Shown here piece by piece: positions 21,095-33,529 of a DNA stretch of 64,000 bases. The position numbers and the translations under genes were made by a program. Every line of letters begins with the position of its first letter. Within the stretch, counting starts at the first letter, position 1. The stretch is taken from positions 2,294,001 through 2,358,000 of the forward strand of contig JANHCV010000003.1 of assembly GCA_025594325.1 (NCBI GenBank), written 5' to 3'. The notes beneath the pieces were generated by a model. That model was not told where the DNA came from. It worked only from the letters and a program-made list of their open reading frames with translations, and searched no databases. Source of the stretch: Blastocladiella emersonii ATCC 22665 (lineage: Eukaryota > Fungi > Blastocladiomycota).

Positions 21095-22466
21095 GTGTGC
21101 GAGTGCGAGTTGCTACTTTCTGCCTTGTCTCCCTCAACCTCGCGGCTCTTCGATACAACACTCCTCTCCTTGCGTGCACACGAAGCTCATGCAACGTTGG
21201 ATGTGTACCGAACTGGTTCAAGAGCCATCCACAAGGAGACGTTCGAGTGGTCAGCGCTTCCCGACCTCCCCCTATGGTCGATCCTCAAGAAGTTGGCTGT
21301 GCGCGACCTGCTTGCACTCGCCGCAACGACGCGCGTATGGCGCGCTCGCTTCTCTTCTAATAACGTCGATCTGTGGGCCGACCTCCCGCGCATCCACGCC
21401 CCCGTCGCCGCGCCCGTCCTGCTCGCGCGCCATGCTCAAACCACGCTCAACATGGACCTTCGCCGCGCTTTCATGCTCTCGACATGGACCTCCGCCGCGC
21501 TTTCTTGCTCGCTATCCCTTCCCCGATAACCAACGCGACCCGTATCGAGCAGAGGGGCAACAGCTCCACGGTCAATGAGATTGGACACCGCGCGTCGACC
21601 CCTCGTTCCCCGCGTTCGCGCCAGGCTCGCGCGCGCCCATCCTACATCTCGCCATGACGGGCTTCGGCACCATCGCCGTGTACGCCGACGACACGCTGCT
21701 CCGCGCGGGCCCGAATCGGGCAGCACGACACGGGTTTGCTCATGGCGACTTGATGACGTACATCCCACGCGACCCGGACCAAGTGCTCGTTGGGTCGGGC
21801 GCGAGCGAGGTCGTCGCGTTTGACCCGCACGCGCGCCGGCCGCGCGTTCTCGTCGTCAACAACGGGCTCACGATCACGAGGGCTGCGCTCCCGCTTGACG
21901 ACGACGCGAACCGCATCCTGGCGGTGGGCGGTAACCTCACCCGCGTGCTCAAAGCCAGCATACGAGCGTTTCTTGCTTCCGCCGCGGCAAACGTCCTGGA
22001 ATGAACGACCGTCTTTGAAACCAACGCGAGCGAACACATAACCGCGCTCGCCACCTACTGGCAGTCCATGGCCATCACGACCACGCGCCGCGTCGCCGCC
22101 ATCCAACCGCTTGTCTACTCTGTGCTGACCACGACCACACTGCCCGTCCCGCCCGCCGCGATCCGCCAAGTCGCGCTCGGCGACCGCAACTTCGGGTACC
22201 TGACGCACGACGGCCGCGTCTTTACGTGGGACCCGCACGGCCCTGAAGGCTGGCCGCGGCCCGACCTCAAAACCGTGCCCGTGGTCGCCGTCGAGAAGCG
22301 CGAGTACGCGGCGAGCCGCAACGCCGCGGTGCATCTCGCCATGGGCGGATCCATGGCCGCGGTCGTCGCGATTGACCTCGACGCGTCCCGCCGTGACGTG
22401 CACAGAATGTTGAACAGCGTGTCGGACGTGTGGCGTCGACTCAAGGTCTTCCACGAACGGCGGTGA
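21095..22466 (+). pseudogene. F-box + probable beta-propeller pseudogene
   Basis: F-box WSALPDLPLWSILKKLAVRDLLALAATTRVWR; 32-bp tandem duplication (21451/21483) shifts frame; a further frameshift before 21654; in-frame TGA at 22002-22004; downstream beta-rich segments (IRQVALGDRNFGYLTHDGRVFTW). Confidence 0.7.
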
Positions 22467-23089
22467 ATCGCTTGGACTTGCGAGTTGTAAATCTATATCC
22501 GCAGCGCGCATGGGAAAGTTCAAGCGAACGTTTCGTGGCAAAGTCGCACCAGTCGCAATCCACCGCCACTCGCGTGAAAGTGGCGCCCCGCCAAAGAAAC
22601 CCGGAGGAAGTCTTAAAATCGTGAGTTGGCCGCGTTGCTGTGGATACGACCACGGCGAGATATCTCGGCTTTTGGGCTGGGCGCGTCGCTGCGACTTCAT
22701 CACGCACCGACGGTCGCGGACGACAACAATGAGATGATGATGGACGGACAAGCAGACTGAATCCGTGTGAGTTACATGTAATATATCTCCCTCTTCGTTT
22801 TATCGTGCAGCTTGACTTAGGGCCCGTTTGGTTCCGGGGTGAATCAGGTGGATCAATCGATTTTACACGGTCCGGTGTTCACCCAGCTGAAACGTGGCAT
22901 TTTCACCCCGTCGTGTTCATCGCGGCGTTTGGTTCAACCCCCGGGTGAGCTGAATGGAACCCTCGTCGCTGAATCGCCCGTCTGCTCGCCCCCGAAACCT
23001 TCAGGCTGTGCTCCCCGGCCTATATAAACGCCGTTTTCCTCCAAAGTAACTCGCTCTCTCTCCCCCGTCCTCCCTCAAAGCCGAAAAGA

Positions 23090-24234
23090 ATGGCTCCCCC
23101 GTCAAGCAAAAAGCGCGCTGGCCGTACGGCCATGTCCATCGAGGAGATCGTCAAGAACGTGCCCGAAATCCCGCCGCCGCCCGCCGATAGCGACGAGGAT
23201 GCAGATGACGACGCTGCTGGGAGCGACGGCAACGCTGCTGTCACGCCGACCAACCCGCTGCCGCCCGTGACCATCGCCAAGCCAAGCAAACGCAAGGCCA
23301 GTGGCAGCAAGGCCAGCAGCGGCAAGGCCAGCAGCGGCAAGGCCAGCGGCGGCAAGGCCACCTTCTGCTCCGCGTCAACCAACTTCCTCCTCGACCACTT
23401 CTGCAACCTCGCTGACGACGGCGTGTTCGGCGACAGCAACACGCTCAAGGCCCAGCACCGTGTGTCGATTGCCCAGGCCCTGTCGGACGAGTTCAACATG
23501 CAGTTTACGGCGGAGCAGGTCAAGAACCGCATGACATACGTACGCTTTGTCTTGCGGACACGCGTCAACCGTAGCGCTAACAACGTCAGCGTTCGGCTCC
23601 AGCTTCGCACTTGTTTTCGCGCCGTAAAACGGCTTCTGTCGTACTCGGGCAACGGCTGCACCTGGAATGAGGGTGAGTGCACGGTCGACGTGCCAGAGGA
23701 GTTCTGGAACGATCTCTCGGTACGTTTGTTCAATATCGTTACGCGTCAACTCGCGGCGAGCTAACAGCGCCTGGCCTGCTTCAATTGTAGGCAGAGCTCA
23801 AGGAGGAGCTGACTGCGGGCTGCAAGCCCTTCCCGTACTACAAGAAGGCCAACATGCTGTGGGGCAGCTCGACCACCACCGGCGAGTACTCGCACCTCGA
23901 GCAGGACGGCAAGGAGTCTGGTGACGTGGAAGGTGTCGATGGTCAAGACGACGCGGCCCCCGCCAGCAAGCGCAGCCGCACTTCGGACAGCAGCTCGCGT
24001 CGCCTCTCGGACTCGGAATTCCTCATGGGCATCAAGGAGGTGTTCCAGAGCGTCGCGACCGCCGACTCCAAGCCCGTTCTGACCGCCGCACTTGAATGGG
24101 TCCAGGACGCGTACAATGACAATGAAGAGTACCAGATCGACGTCGCCACCCGCCTGACCGAGGATCAAGCGCTTCGCGTCATGGCCGTGTCCGAATCGAA
24201 GCGCAAGCGCGTCCTCGAGTTTTTCATTCAGTAG
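23090..24234 (+). CDS. Harbinger Myb/SANT-like DNA-binding protein, 336 aa, 3 exons
   Basis: join(23090..23539, 23603..23719, 23791..24234), phase-0 introns; FLLDHF...IAQALSDEFNMQFTAEQVKNRMTYLRTCF...SGNGCTWNE...FPYY; TATATAAA at 23021. Confidence 0.9.
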
Positions 24235-24547
24235 CTCTCTCGCACATGTCCCCCTCCCCTCGCGTTGCTTCCTGGCCTTGTTCTCGCCCATTTGTGTCCA
24301 ATACATCTGGCTTTGTGTCCATCGTATCTTCAATCGTTACCCTTCGCTCGAAAATGACGCGACTCGTTGAGAAACGCGTGGTTCTCAAAGTGTCTCACAC
24401 GTCACGTGATTGATCGACGCGTCTCCACCGATGCGTTCTGACCTCAGCGACGCGTCAAATCATCTGGAATCGCTTATCTAACGTTATAGTACTTGACAAA
24501 TCAGTATATTACAGCATGCATGCGGGTACAACAATTATTTCGCGCCT

Positions 24548-25865
24548 TCAAAGACGGGTCCCACGAGCGGCCATGACGCGCCTGTACTCGGTCCAAAGAA
24601 CATTTGCGACGCGGTTCCGAAGCGAGATACCGCGCTGACGAGCTCCGTCCAGCGAGGCCTCGAGGACAGCGGCCTCGTCGTCCTCCTCGTTCTCGTCGTC
24701 CAGGGGCTCGCGCCCACGTACTGGCGCCTCACGCGCCGCGTCCCGCGCGCGCCGGAGCTCCGTCTCGGCGTCGCGAAAGAAGGCGTCGCCGCCTTGGTTC
24801 CACTTGTTGATCATGTTGTGCAGCGTGCAGAGCGCGTACACAAGCTTGACTTGAGTCTTGATTGGGTAGGCCGCGCCAATCGAGAGGACGCGGAACCGCT
24901 TCTTGAGCACGCCAAAGATATGCTCAATGGAGTTGCGGAGCGACGCGTGACGCAGATTGAAAAGCTCTTCGCGGTTCTTAACTCTACGTACGTTGGTGAA
25001 GCAGATGAGATGGCGCCAACGTGATGGTCATGGCAGTGAGAACGTACCCATCCTTGCCGCGAGCAAACTCGCGAAGATGATAGCGGGTACCGCGGAAGGG
25101 CACGATGATGGACGTGCGGTTTGCGTAGCCGCCGTCGGCGAGGTAGAAGCGGCCGGCGGGGATCTTGAACCCACGGGCGAAGGCGTCCGAGAGCACGCGC
25201 GAGTCGTGCGCCTTGCCCTCCCACCCTGCGAGAACGTAGGTGAAGTTCAAGTCAAAGTCGCAGGCAGCGAGGACATTTGAGTATATGGTCCCCTTGCGGT
25301 TTCGGAACGAGTCGTGAAGCTTAGTGGGCACAACAAACGGGATGTGCGTTCCGTCAAGCGCGCCGACCGCGTTCTGGAACGGAGCGTATTTCGGGTCGTG
25401 GGCGATGCGCTCATGCACGGGCGTAGAATCGGACGGCTGGACAGTGAACTCGGGCATCAGGCGGTACAGAGCGTCGATCACTTTCTTCAGAACGCTGGAC
25501 GCGGTCTCGCCAGAGATTTGGAACCGCTCCCTGAGGTTGCGGTTGGTGCTGCCCTCGCCGGCCATGACAAGAAAAACCATGAAGCGCGCCTCGACGGACA
25601 GCTTGCGGCCGTCGGCGAGAAGTCCACGGTCGCGGAACAGGCGGCAGATGGCCTTGAAGGTCTTGCGGGGCATACGGACGATTTCCGAAAAACGCGTTTT
25701 GCTGTTACACGTCAGCAGCTCTTGAACCCACGACTCGCCGGAAAGCGTGGACGTGCGGATAGGCTCCCGCGAGCGGCGCTCGTTGCGAGCAGCGAGACGT
25801 CGCAGGAGAGCGAGGGCGGCCGTGAGCATGAGGCCGCGCAGCTTGCGGTTGTATCCCTTGCCCAT
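24548..25865 (-). CDS. Harbinger DDE transposase, 417 aa, 2 exons
   Basis: join(25865..25048, 24983..24548); translation identical to 7352-8669. Confidence 0.93.
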
Positions 25866-27813
25866 GTTGTTCGAGGGCTCGAGAACACGATGCGTGAGGT
25901 TAGGTGTTGATTCGTTGCAATAAGTGCGGCTGCAAAGAGGTGGGAAAGATTTTATTGCGGGGGGGGGGCGTTCATCCAGCGGGGCGTTTGGTCCGCACGG
26001 CCGCTGAGATGAAGGGGGGTGAGGTGAAACGTGGCAACTTTTTCAGCTGATCCACCTGATCTGAACCAAACGGGCCCTTAGTTATGGGAGAGAAATCGCG
26101 ACCGTCGCGGTGGTCGGCGTGGCCAGCAGCAGGTTCCCGTCGTGGGCTCCACTTTAGGACTCCGCCGCGCTCGGCCGCCACCCATAGTTTCCTGGCCTTC
26201 CGTCCGCAACACTCGCGTCACTTCGGTGCCCGACGTTGAACTTCCTGACACGTTTGGTATGTTAGACATCTCTTAGGAGTGGATCCGCAAGCTCGCCGAG
26301 GTCAACTCGAGGCGGTCCGCTTCATGGCCGCTTCGACCTGCGTCCCACAGCCCCGGCCAGCAGTACCGTTGGTGCGGGTGATGATAGAGCTCCAGGTGGT
26401 GTGTCTGTGAGGGTGGCTAGTAGGTTGCGCGCGAGCACCAAGACGTATCGCGAGTTGCGGTCCGCGACGAGACTGCGCGGCGGAGCGTTCTGTTTCTTAA
26501 CGAACGCGAGGACCGAAGTTTGAGTTGTTACGATTGTTTTCTGCATCGTGTATGGTGGTCCGTGGTGGCGCGGACGCGTCGAGTGCGGCTCGGGGCGGAC
26601 GCGCGAGACAGTGCGAGACGCGTCGCGAAAACACGTGATGCGCGTTTTTTGATCGGCGCGCTGCGCGTTGGCCGCTTCGGCGCTTCGGCGATGGACTCTG
26701 CGCTTCCGCAGCCACACGCCCCCGCCCCCTGCTCGCTCGCTCCCGCCCGGCCCCTACATAAGCGGGCGGGTCCCCTTGCACCGACTGCCGCTCCCGCACA
26801 CGCTCGCCGCCGCCGCCATCCCATCCGCCGCTCCACGCCGCCGTCGCTGCACACTCGACCCGCGCCCGCCTACCAAGTGGAGCTTGCCGCCCGACCGATT
26901 GATGCTACACGACGACGCGCACCCGCACTCGCACGCTTGGCTCCACGTCACGGTGCGCGTCCCCGCGACCCGCTCGTCCCCGCGACCCGCTCGTCACGGC
27001 GCACGCGCGCGGCGGCGACGTCGGTCGCCCGCCCGCCCACCTCTCGTGGTGATGGGCCCGAGACCGACGTGGATGCCACTCCGCCGCCGCCCTGCTCGCC
27101 GTCTCCCGCACATCCGCGCCCGCGCAGTGTGTCTCACTAGCTCTCGTCGCGATCCCGTAGCTCGCGCGCCCCGCATCAGCGCTGAGCGGCCCGCGCAGTC
27201 GCGTCGGTTGCCGCCACAATCACGGCGAGCGGGTGCGCCTCCTGCACGCGCGCTGGGTCGCAGCTCAGCGTCTCACGTCCGATCGCTCGCGCTCGCTGCC
27301 CGTCTAGACTCGCGGAGACGGTGCCAACTCGGCGCTCAAGCTTGACGAAGTCGCGTGCGGTCTCGGTACGATCACGCTTCTCGCGTCCACCACCGCGGCG
27401 ATGACTAACTCGGCGCCTGCCGCGATCCGTTCCTTCTATTCGAGCGCTCAGGTGCCGCGGCGGCCAAGGCGGGCGCAACACGGGTACGTTCTCGCTCTGC
27501 TTGCACGACAGCTCCCTCGATCCCGCTCCTCACCTCGGTCCCCCGCACTCGCCCCGCTGTAGCCTCGACTGAGCGCGTCAAGTGCTTCAAGATGACCACG
27601 GCCGCGAGTGACGGCGGCGGCGCGAGGACCGCGGCAGCGGCGCGCGCGCGTGCATGGGCTCGACGTGGGTGCGGCGCGGGCGGACCGTGGTCGGGGCGGC
27701 CATCGTCGCAGTAGCAGTGCGGGTGCGGTGCTGGGGTGCAGGGCGTGCGCGCTGGCCGCGGCCCTGATCCCGGCGCCGCCCCCCGCTTTTTTTTGCGTCC
27801 CGTGATCCCTATA

Positions 27814-28065
27814 CAAAGTTCCTTTGAATACTTTGGACGGATTCCTTTGTGAAGCTTTGAGGACGCTTAGGCCGAAACCGGCGCAAAAGGAACTGCAGCC
27901 CAAAGGATTCAAAGCGACTTGAACCGGCCCTCACCCAAAGTTTTCAAAGTAACTCAGTCGCCGCAAAGGATCCCAAAGTGACTTAGAAGTGTTCCGTCCA
28001 AAGGAAACGCAAAGTAAACTCCAAAGGGACTTTGCCAATCCTTTGTGCTGGGCTCAACCCCAGTG
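27814..28065. repeat. Second CAAAG/CTTTG subterminal array (CACTA/CMC-type end relic)
   Basis: CAAAGTTCCTTTG at 27814, CAAAGGGACTTTG at 28022, many CAAAG half-sites; ends ...ccccagtg (CACTG on the minus strand). Confidence 0.65.
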
Positions 28066-28767
28066 GTCTCCCCGAAAAAATGAAGCCCACGTGACCTGAA
28101 CTTTTCACGGTCACCCCTCTTAGCAACCGGTCACCTGACCCCACCTGAGGCTCGATTTCTTTCTCGCCTCACCTGCACGGGCCGCGCGTCGCTCATGTCC
28201 ATCTCGTAAAGGATCCAGCCGTACCTACACATGGAGCAACGGTGATGCACTCTAATGAAGATCGCCGCGACGCGAAAAGGCGTGCGAAGCGCGCAGTGTG
28301 GGCTGAAGCTCCGGTCGCTGCTGGCAAGCGACAGCTCGTATGTGGAACCGGCGCCGGAGGCGTGACACCCTGCAGGCGCGAGTGCTGTCGCGTCAGGTGA
28401 AGCCGTCGTTGCTGAGCCAGAGTGACCTGGAGCTGCCAGCCGGTGGGAAGGAAGAACCTGAGCATGAGAAATGAGAAGGTTGCTGCGTGCACCGCCCACC
28501 GATACACGCTTCTCGCACCGGCTACTACCCGCATGTGAGTCTAACCGCTTGCCTCGCACAAGTGCTGCGAGCTCCTTGCGAGGCTGAAGGATCACTTGCA
28601 CTTGGGCTTGCGAAACAGAGGCGGAAGGCCGCGACAATCATACTCGGCAGCCACCGACACCCGCCAGGCCACTACAGCGGGGCGTGATCGTGGATTTTGT
28701 CGCTTTTCTCGCGCGGCGCAACGCCGTCTAATGTGCTCGTCACGCCGCGCGTAGCCTCGCTGGCCTG

Positions 28768-29497
28768 TTGCCCCTTGATTGCCACCGCGGACTGGCCGAG
28801 ACCTTCTTGCCCCCGTTGCCCACGCTCGAGCAGACGGAGCAGCTGATCCGCGAAGCGGAACAGCGGTTTCGCGCGATTCTGACGGCCATGTGGTGGGTCT
28901 TGTCACAGATTGCTTGTGTGGGTTTCCGATGTGGCGCACGACCGTCTCGATTAGCTGGAAGCGTGTTACGGCGCATCTAGTCGCGATCGGCGGGTTACTA
29001 GGCTCGCCGGCTGTTGCACCGCGTTCCGCGCTATGGACGGCGTGTCCGCCGTCGCCATCTCGAAGAAGGCGCTCGCTTCCCTCAAAGAAGGCCGCAAAGG
29101 CGCTTGAGCAGCACCCAACTCGGCGCAGAAACCGCCCATGGTCGCGATCGTGGACGGTGTTCGCATCGGGCTCGCCCTGGGTGACGACGCAGCGTCGCTC
29201 GAGATCATCGCCGTTGCACTCGCGCAGACGCGCGGAAACTTTGAGGTCAACTACAGCGGGCGCGGCGCGGTCCTCCGCTCCCACTTCCTGCATTGGAACA
29301 ACGAGCAGGCTGTCGCGGCCGCGTCGATCCCTGTGAACGTGACCAAGTCGGGCTCCTTCCACGCCATCCTCGCTAATCCCTTCACGTCGCTTGGGAGCTT
29401 TTGCCGCGCACGCGCGACCCCCGCAACTCGTTCAGGATTCGCGAGCTTGTCCTCCTCGCCGCCACGTCACGCTGCCCGCGTCACGACGCTCCGCTGA
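28768..29497 (+). pseudogene. Degraded ORF of unknown family
   Basis: MDGVSAVAISKKALASLKEGRKGA*AAPNSAQKPPMVAIVDGVRIG... reads through one TGA; further broken fragments upstream. Confidence 0.35.
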
Positions 29498-29639
29498 ACC
29501 AACGCGCCTCGCGCGTCATACTCACTCTACTTGCTTGATTTGATCGCTTCTCTGATCTCTCTCTGATCGCGCGGTTTCTTGTACGCGACGCGTAATCCAC
29601 GACACCGCAGCTCATAAATCTTTCATCAACGCGCCAAAG

Positions 29640-29742
29640 GGTTGGGTGAAGTTGAGGTGGAGTTGGGGTTCAGGTTGAGGTTGAGTTGAGGTTGAGTTGA
29701 GGTTGAGTTGGGCTGGGTGAGGGGTGGGGGAGGGGTGGGGTT
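29640..29742 (+). repeat. (GTTGAG/GTTGA)n microsatellite followed by G-runs with G-quadruplex potential
   Basis: gttgaggttgagttgaggttgagttgaggttgag... then gggctgggtgaggggtgggggaggggtgggg. Confidence 0.85.
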
Positions 29743-30527
29743 GAAAGCCCAGCACGGAGGGGAGCAGTTCTTAACGCTACCAGTCGCCAATATCCTTTGG
29801 AGCCCGGGGCCCATTTCACTGTGCTAAGGCCTGGCCGGCGCGCTCGCTTCGCTTGTGGAAGAGGGCTCGCGGTGGGGGACAAACTCCGCCGCGTTGCGCC
29901 AGTTCAAGTACACACGCGCACGCTGGCCCAACTGCAAGAGACGCGTCGGACAATCACGCGAGTGGCACGCGCCGGCGGCGCCACACTTACAGTCACCGCC
30001 GGCGGACTGCCTCGCTGCGGGGTTGCACGCTCACCTCAAGCGAGCGTCTCCGCTCCCTCTGGTTTTGTTTGAGATCGCTGCTACTATTAGCCGTCGTTAT
30101 ACACCCTTTCCTCCCTTCTGCGTCTACCTCCTTCGCCGTGTCCATCGCCGTCTCCGTCATCTCCTCAGCCTTCCGTGCATTGTGCTCAACCTTCCTCTCG
30201 CACCCTGCACCTGTACGCTTCAACTCCCTGCACCTGTACGCTTCAACTGCGCCACATCACGCCCGAGACCGTCCACATGCAAACGGTCGCTCTGATGCAA
30301 ATGAGACAAGTTTCATGCAAGTGAGACAAGTTCTATCATGCGCTTGTTGTGAAAAATGCGGGAGTCATCCCTTTTCCTCCTCTCGGCGTGCCTTGCCCCC
30401 ACGCCGCGCGGATGGTCCCACCTGCCCCGTCCCCCGTGCCACGCTCTCTCTCCCCCTTTCTGTCGACCCCTGTGCGACCGCTGAAAACTCCACTGTATAT
30501 CGCTTGCCGCGTGCCTCATAAACAACC

Positions 30528-30860
30528 ATGAATCAATCTGAACCGCTCCTCCACGCTCACACGGGAGGCACCACACCCACGACTCCAACGACTCCAACCT
30601 CACCTACCACTACCACCACGATGCTGCTCAAGCGCGCGCTCGTCCTCCCCAACCACGAGCCGCTGCTCGCCGTCGTGGCTGCCGAGGTGAAACAGGCGAA
30701 AGAGGCCGTGCGGGTAGTCTTGGGGCCAGCCGCTGTGGCGCTGCCAAGTGGCTTGCGTTTCACTCCGCCAACCGTCAGCGACAGCGTCTGGGAAAACTTC
30801 GACGCGGCGTGGACGTTCTCGCGATCCAAGAGGCCTCTGAAGGTCGCGCTCGCACTCTAA
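30528..30860 (+). CDS. Possible small orphan ORF (110 aa)
   Basis: ATG start with a Thr/Pro-rich N-terminus; lies in the degenerate region; no homolog recognised. Confidence 0.25.
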   Translation: MNQSEPLLHAHTGGTTPTTPTTPTSPTTTTTMLLKRALVLPNHEPLLAVVAAEVKQAKEAVRVVLGPAAVALPSGLRFTPPTVSDSVWENFDAAWTFSRSKRPLKVALAL

Positions 30861-33529
30861 TAATCAGGACTACACGGACATCACAACCAGCAACTCCAAC
30901 CTTAGCGGAAGGAACTAGTGTAAGGTTGCACCTCAGAAAGAGACGGCGACATGGTAGGATGGTCTACCGGCTCGTGCGGAAAGAAGCGACCGTTTTCGAT
31001 CCCTACCTTTTGCATCCGCTAAGTGCAGTTTTGGGACCCCCTCTTTCTTTGCCCTCTATGTATTCAGAATAATTTCACTGACTTTCTGTCAAAAAATGGG
31101 AGCTTAAAACATTTTTTTAGCGTGCGTAGCAAAGTCGCGACTTGGGCGTGGGTTTCGCGAGGCGCGGCGAGCTCCACCTCGAAATGTTCACCGCCGCGCG
31201 AGCCACCATCGCACCGCACGTTCGCTCTCCAACTTCCGTGTCAGCACCCACATGAAAATATAGCGAGAAAATTCCTGATATTAAAGTGTTCCTCTTGATA
31301 CCTTACTTAAGGCGATATTCGTTCGTGCGACAGAAATCCGCGGATAGGGGTGACATCAGAGCGACCATCGCCACGTCCTGTTGCAAGTGCCACGCGACGG
31401 ATGGAACCATTCCGCGCACCTCAAACTCTGAAGTAACCTGCTCTGCCGCGGGGCACGAGTCTGCCGAGGCATACCCTGATGCCCACAACATTCATAGCGT
31501 AGGAGTGGCACTGCCATCACTCGCACAATCGTGGTGACCATCGATTCGCGCAGAACACATCAATTCCGGGCGCCCTGCTCGAGAAGGACGTGGTGTGAGG
31601 TGGTCCTACGCCAGTTCAGAGAGAATCGCTTCAACTTGGAGCTCTGTTGGACCCAGTTGTTGAACTTGTGAGCTGAACCTGTCGCGGGAGCTGGCGGCCG
31701 TAAAGTGAATCGCGACGAAACTATGCCCGCGCGCGAGTACGCCAACTGATTGATAGCCTTGAGGTAAGCATGGTGTTGTCGGGTCACTGAAATTGAGTAC
31801 GCTGCCATGCGAGCCACGCGAGACCTCTTGTTAAGTGCCTTGCGGTTTGACGCGTCGCGACTCAAAACACGTGTCATCGCAGGGACGCGTCGCGCTCCTT
31901 CACGCCACCGCCTCCTCAACTGCAGTACGAACAGTGGAGATCGGACGCGGGCACTTGGCGCAATGCCTTTTCGAATGTTTATGCGATGATTCGCTTGGAG
32001 CGTCCAGCCGCGCCTTGTTGTCAAGCGAGAGTGTCAAAGCACTCATGCGCGCCTTGTGCGGGCTGGCTTGAAGGACCAACGCGGGACACCTAGTCCGCCA
32101 GCGACGCGATCTGCGCGACCGCGGTGCGCGGCGGCGACGCTCCTGCAGCAGCGTTCCTGTGACGTCTGGCGTAGCACCTGCAGGGCCCGGCGAGAGCAGG
32201 TCTACCGCGCCGCGCTCCTCCTCGCGGCGGTCCTTGACGAGACTGCTCAACCACCACCCGTGCTGCCGCTCGTCGGCACAGCGGAGTTTTTTGCACCCTC
32301 TCCGATCATCCCACCGTCTGGCGCAGGAGCAATCTGCTTGATAGGTCCTTGCCGCCTTGGTCATTGATACGCTGTGTCCCGCCACCAAGCTGCTTGCGCT
32401 CCTCGCCGTGGCGCACGACTAGTCGACCTTCGTGCCCATCTTCAGCTTGCAGCGATGCGGGTTTTGCTGGACGCACGATCGCTGAGCTGAACCGTGTGAT
32501 CCACTGGTACCATGGCTTCGAGTCGCCGTTCATAGCAAGTGGTAGCGCGGTGCGCATCAAGGGGAAGATTCTCGAAACACTCGCGCGTGGCCCGTCATTT
32601 CACGTTCCGCGAGCGATTGGCGCTTGCTGGGAACGCGATGATCCGCGACAGGAGCCGTTGCACGCGTTCCAGCTTGAGCTGTACCACTTTGCCCGCTTCA
32701 ACCTGGCGCCCGTCACCACCTGAACCAACCGCAGTACCTGCATCAACCATGCCGTCGGCGAGGGCGGCGCTCTCGGTTTGCGCTTCGTCTCCCGCGCCGC
32801 CCCCTTCAGTTTTCGCCGCACTGCACGCGGTGCCAATCAGCCAGCGGCTGACGCGCGCGTCCCCACGGCATCGCGATTCCCCGCCGAGAACCGCAGCCAC
32901 TGATCCGTGTGGCCGCACCGCACGTCGCTCACGCCGGCCATCGAGGTGTTAATTTCGAGCTGTTCGCGGCCACCACCGTGGAGCTTTGCTCGCGCGCATC
33001 GTCGCGCTCCACGGCCGCGCTGCCCACGTCCAGGGTCTCCCTCTTAGCGGCACTGTACAGCTGCAGAAGGGGAAGCACATCTACACCATAATCCATCTCC
33101 TTAATCAACACTGTTGTGTCGCGCGACAACGGCGTCGTACGGGTACAATCCGCGACAGCGGCACCGAGCTTGGGTGACGATAGGTGCAAAAGAACGAGGG
33201 CAAAACGCCCTTAACGAGATTTGAACCCCTACTCTCCGGTTGGATAACGCGACCTTCCAGTAAGCACCATGCGACCGCTTCAGGCCTTCCATCAACAGGA
33301 TATATATGTGTCACGCCAACCCAGGCGGGTTGATCCTGTTTCGCGGGAGCTGCGCCTTGCAAGTCGTTTGGGTGATCCGACCATCAAGGGCGAGTGAAGA
33401 GTGTCTCCCTCTGTGTTACTCGTACCGTTAAAGCGGGGGACGCGGCGCACGAACTCGCCATCCATGTTTGACGCTTCTGCCTTGGTATCTCGCCGCGTGG
33501 GCGCAGCTAGCGCAAGCTTACAGCCTTTT

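Larger units (their letters stand above)
22820..26077 (-). mobile_element. PIF/Harbinger DNA transposon, complete copy (3258 bp)
   Basis: Same 15-bp TIRs; TTA target duplication (22817-22819, 26078-26080); convergent intact transposase and Myb/SANT genes. Confidence 0.96.

Noticed and set aside
26081-27800. Coding-like ORFs right of Harbinger copy 2
   Set aside because: No consistent frame, splice pattern or domain.
31000-33500. Further transposon ORFs or gag/RT upstream of the integrase
   Set aside because: Short broken frames; no YxDD, CCHC or other diagnostic motif recognised.
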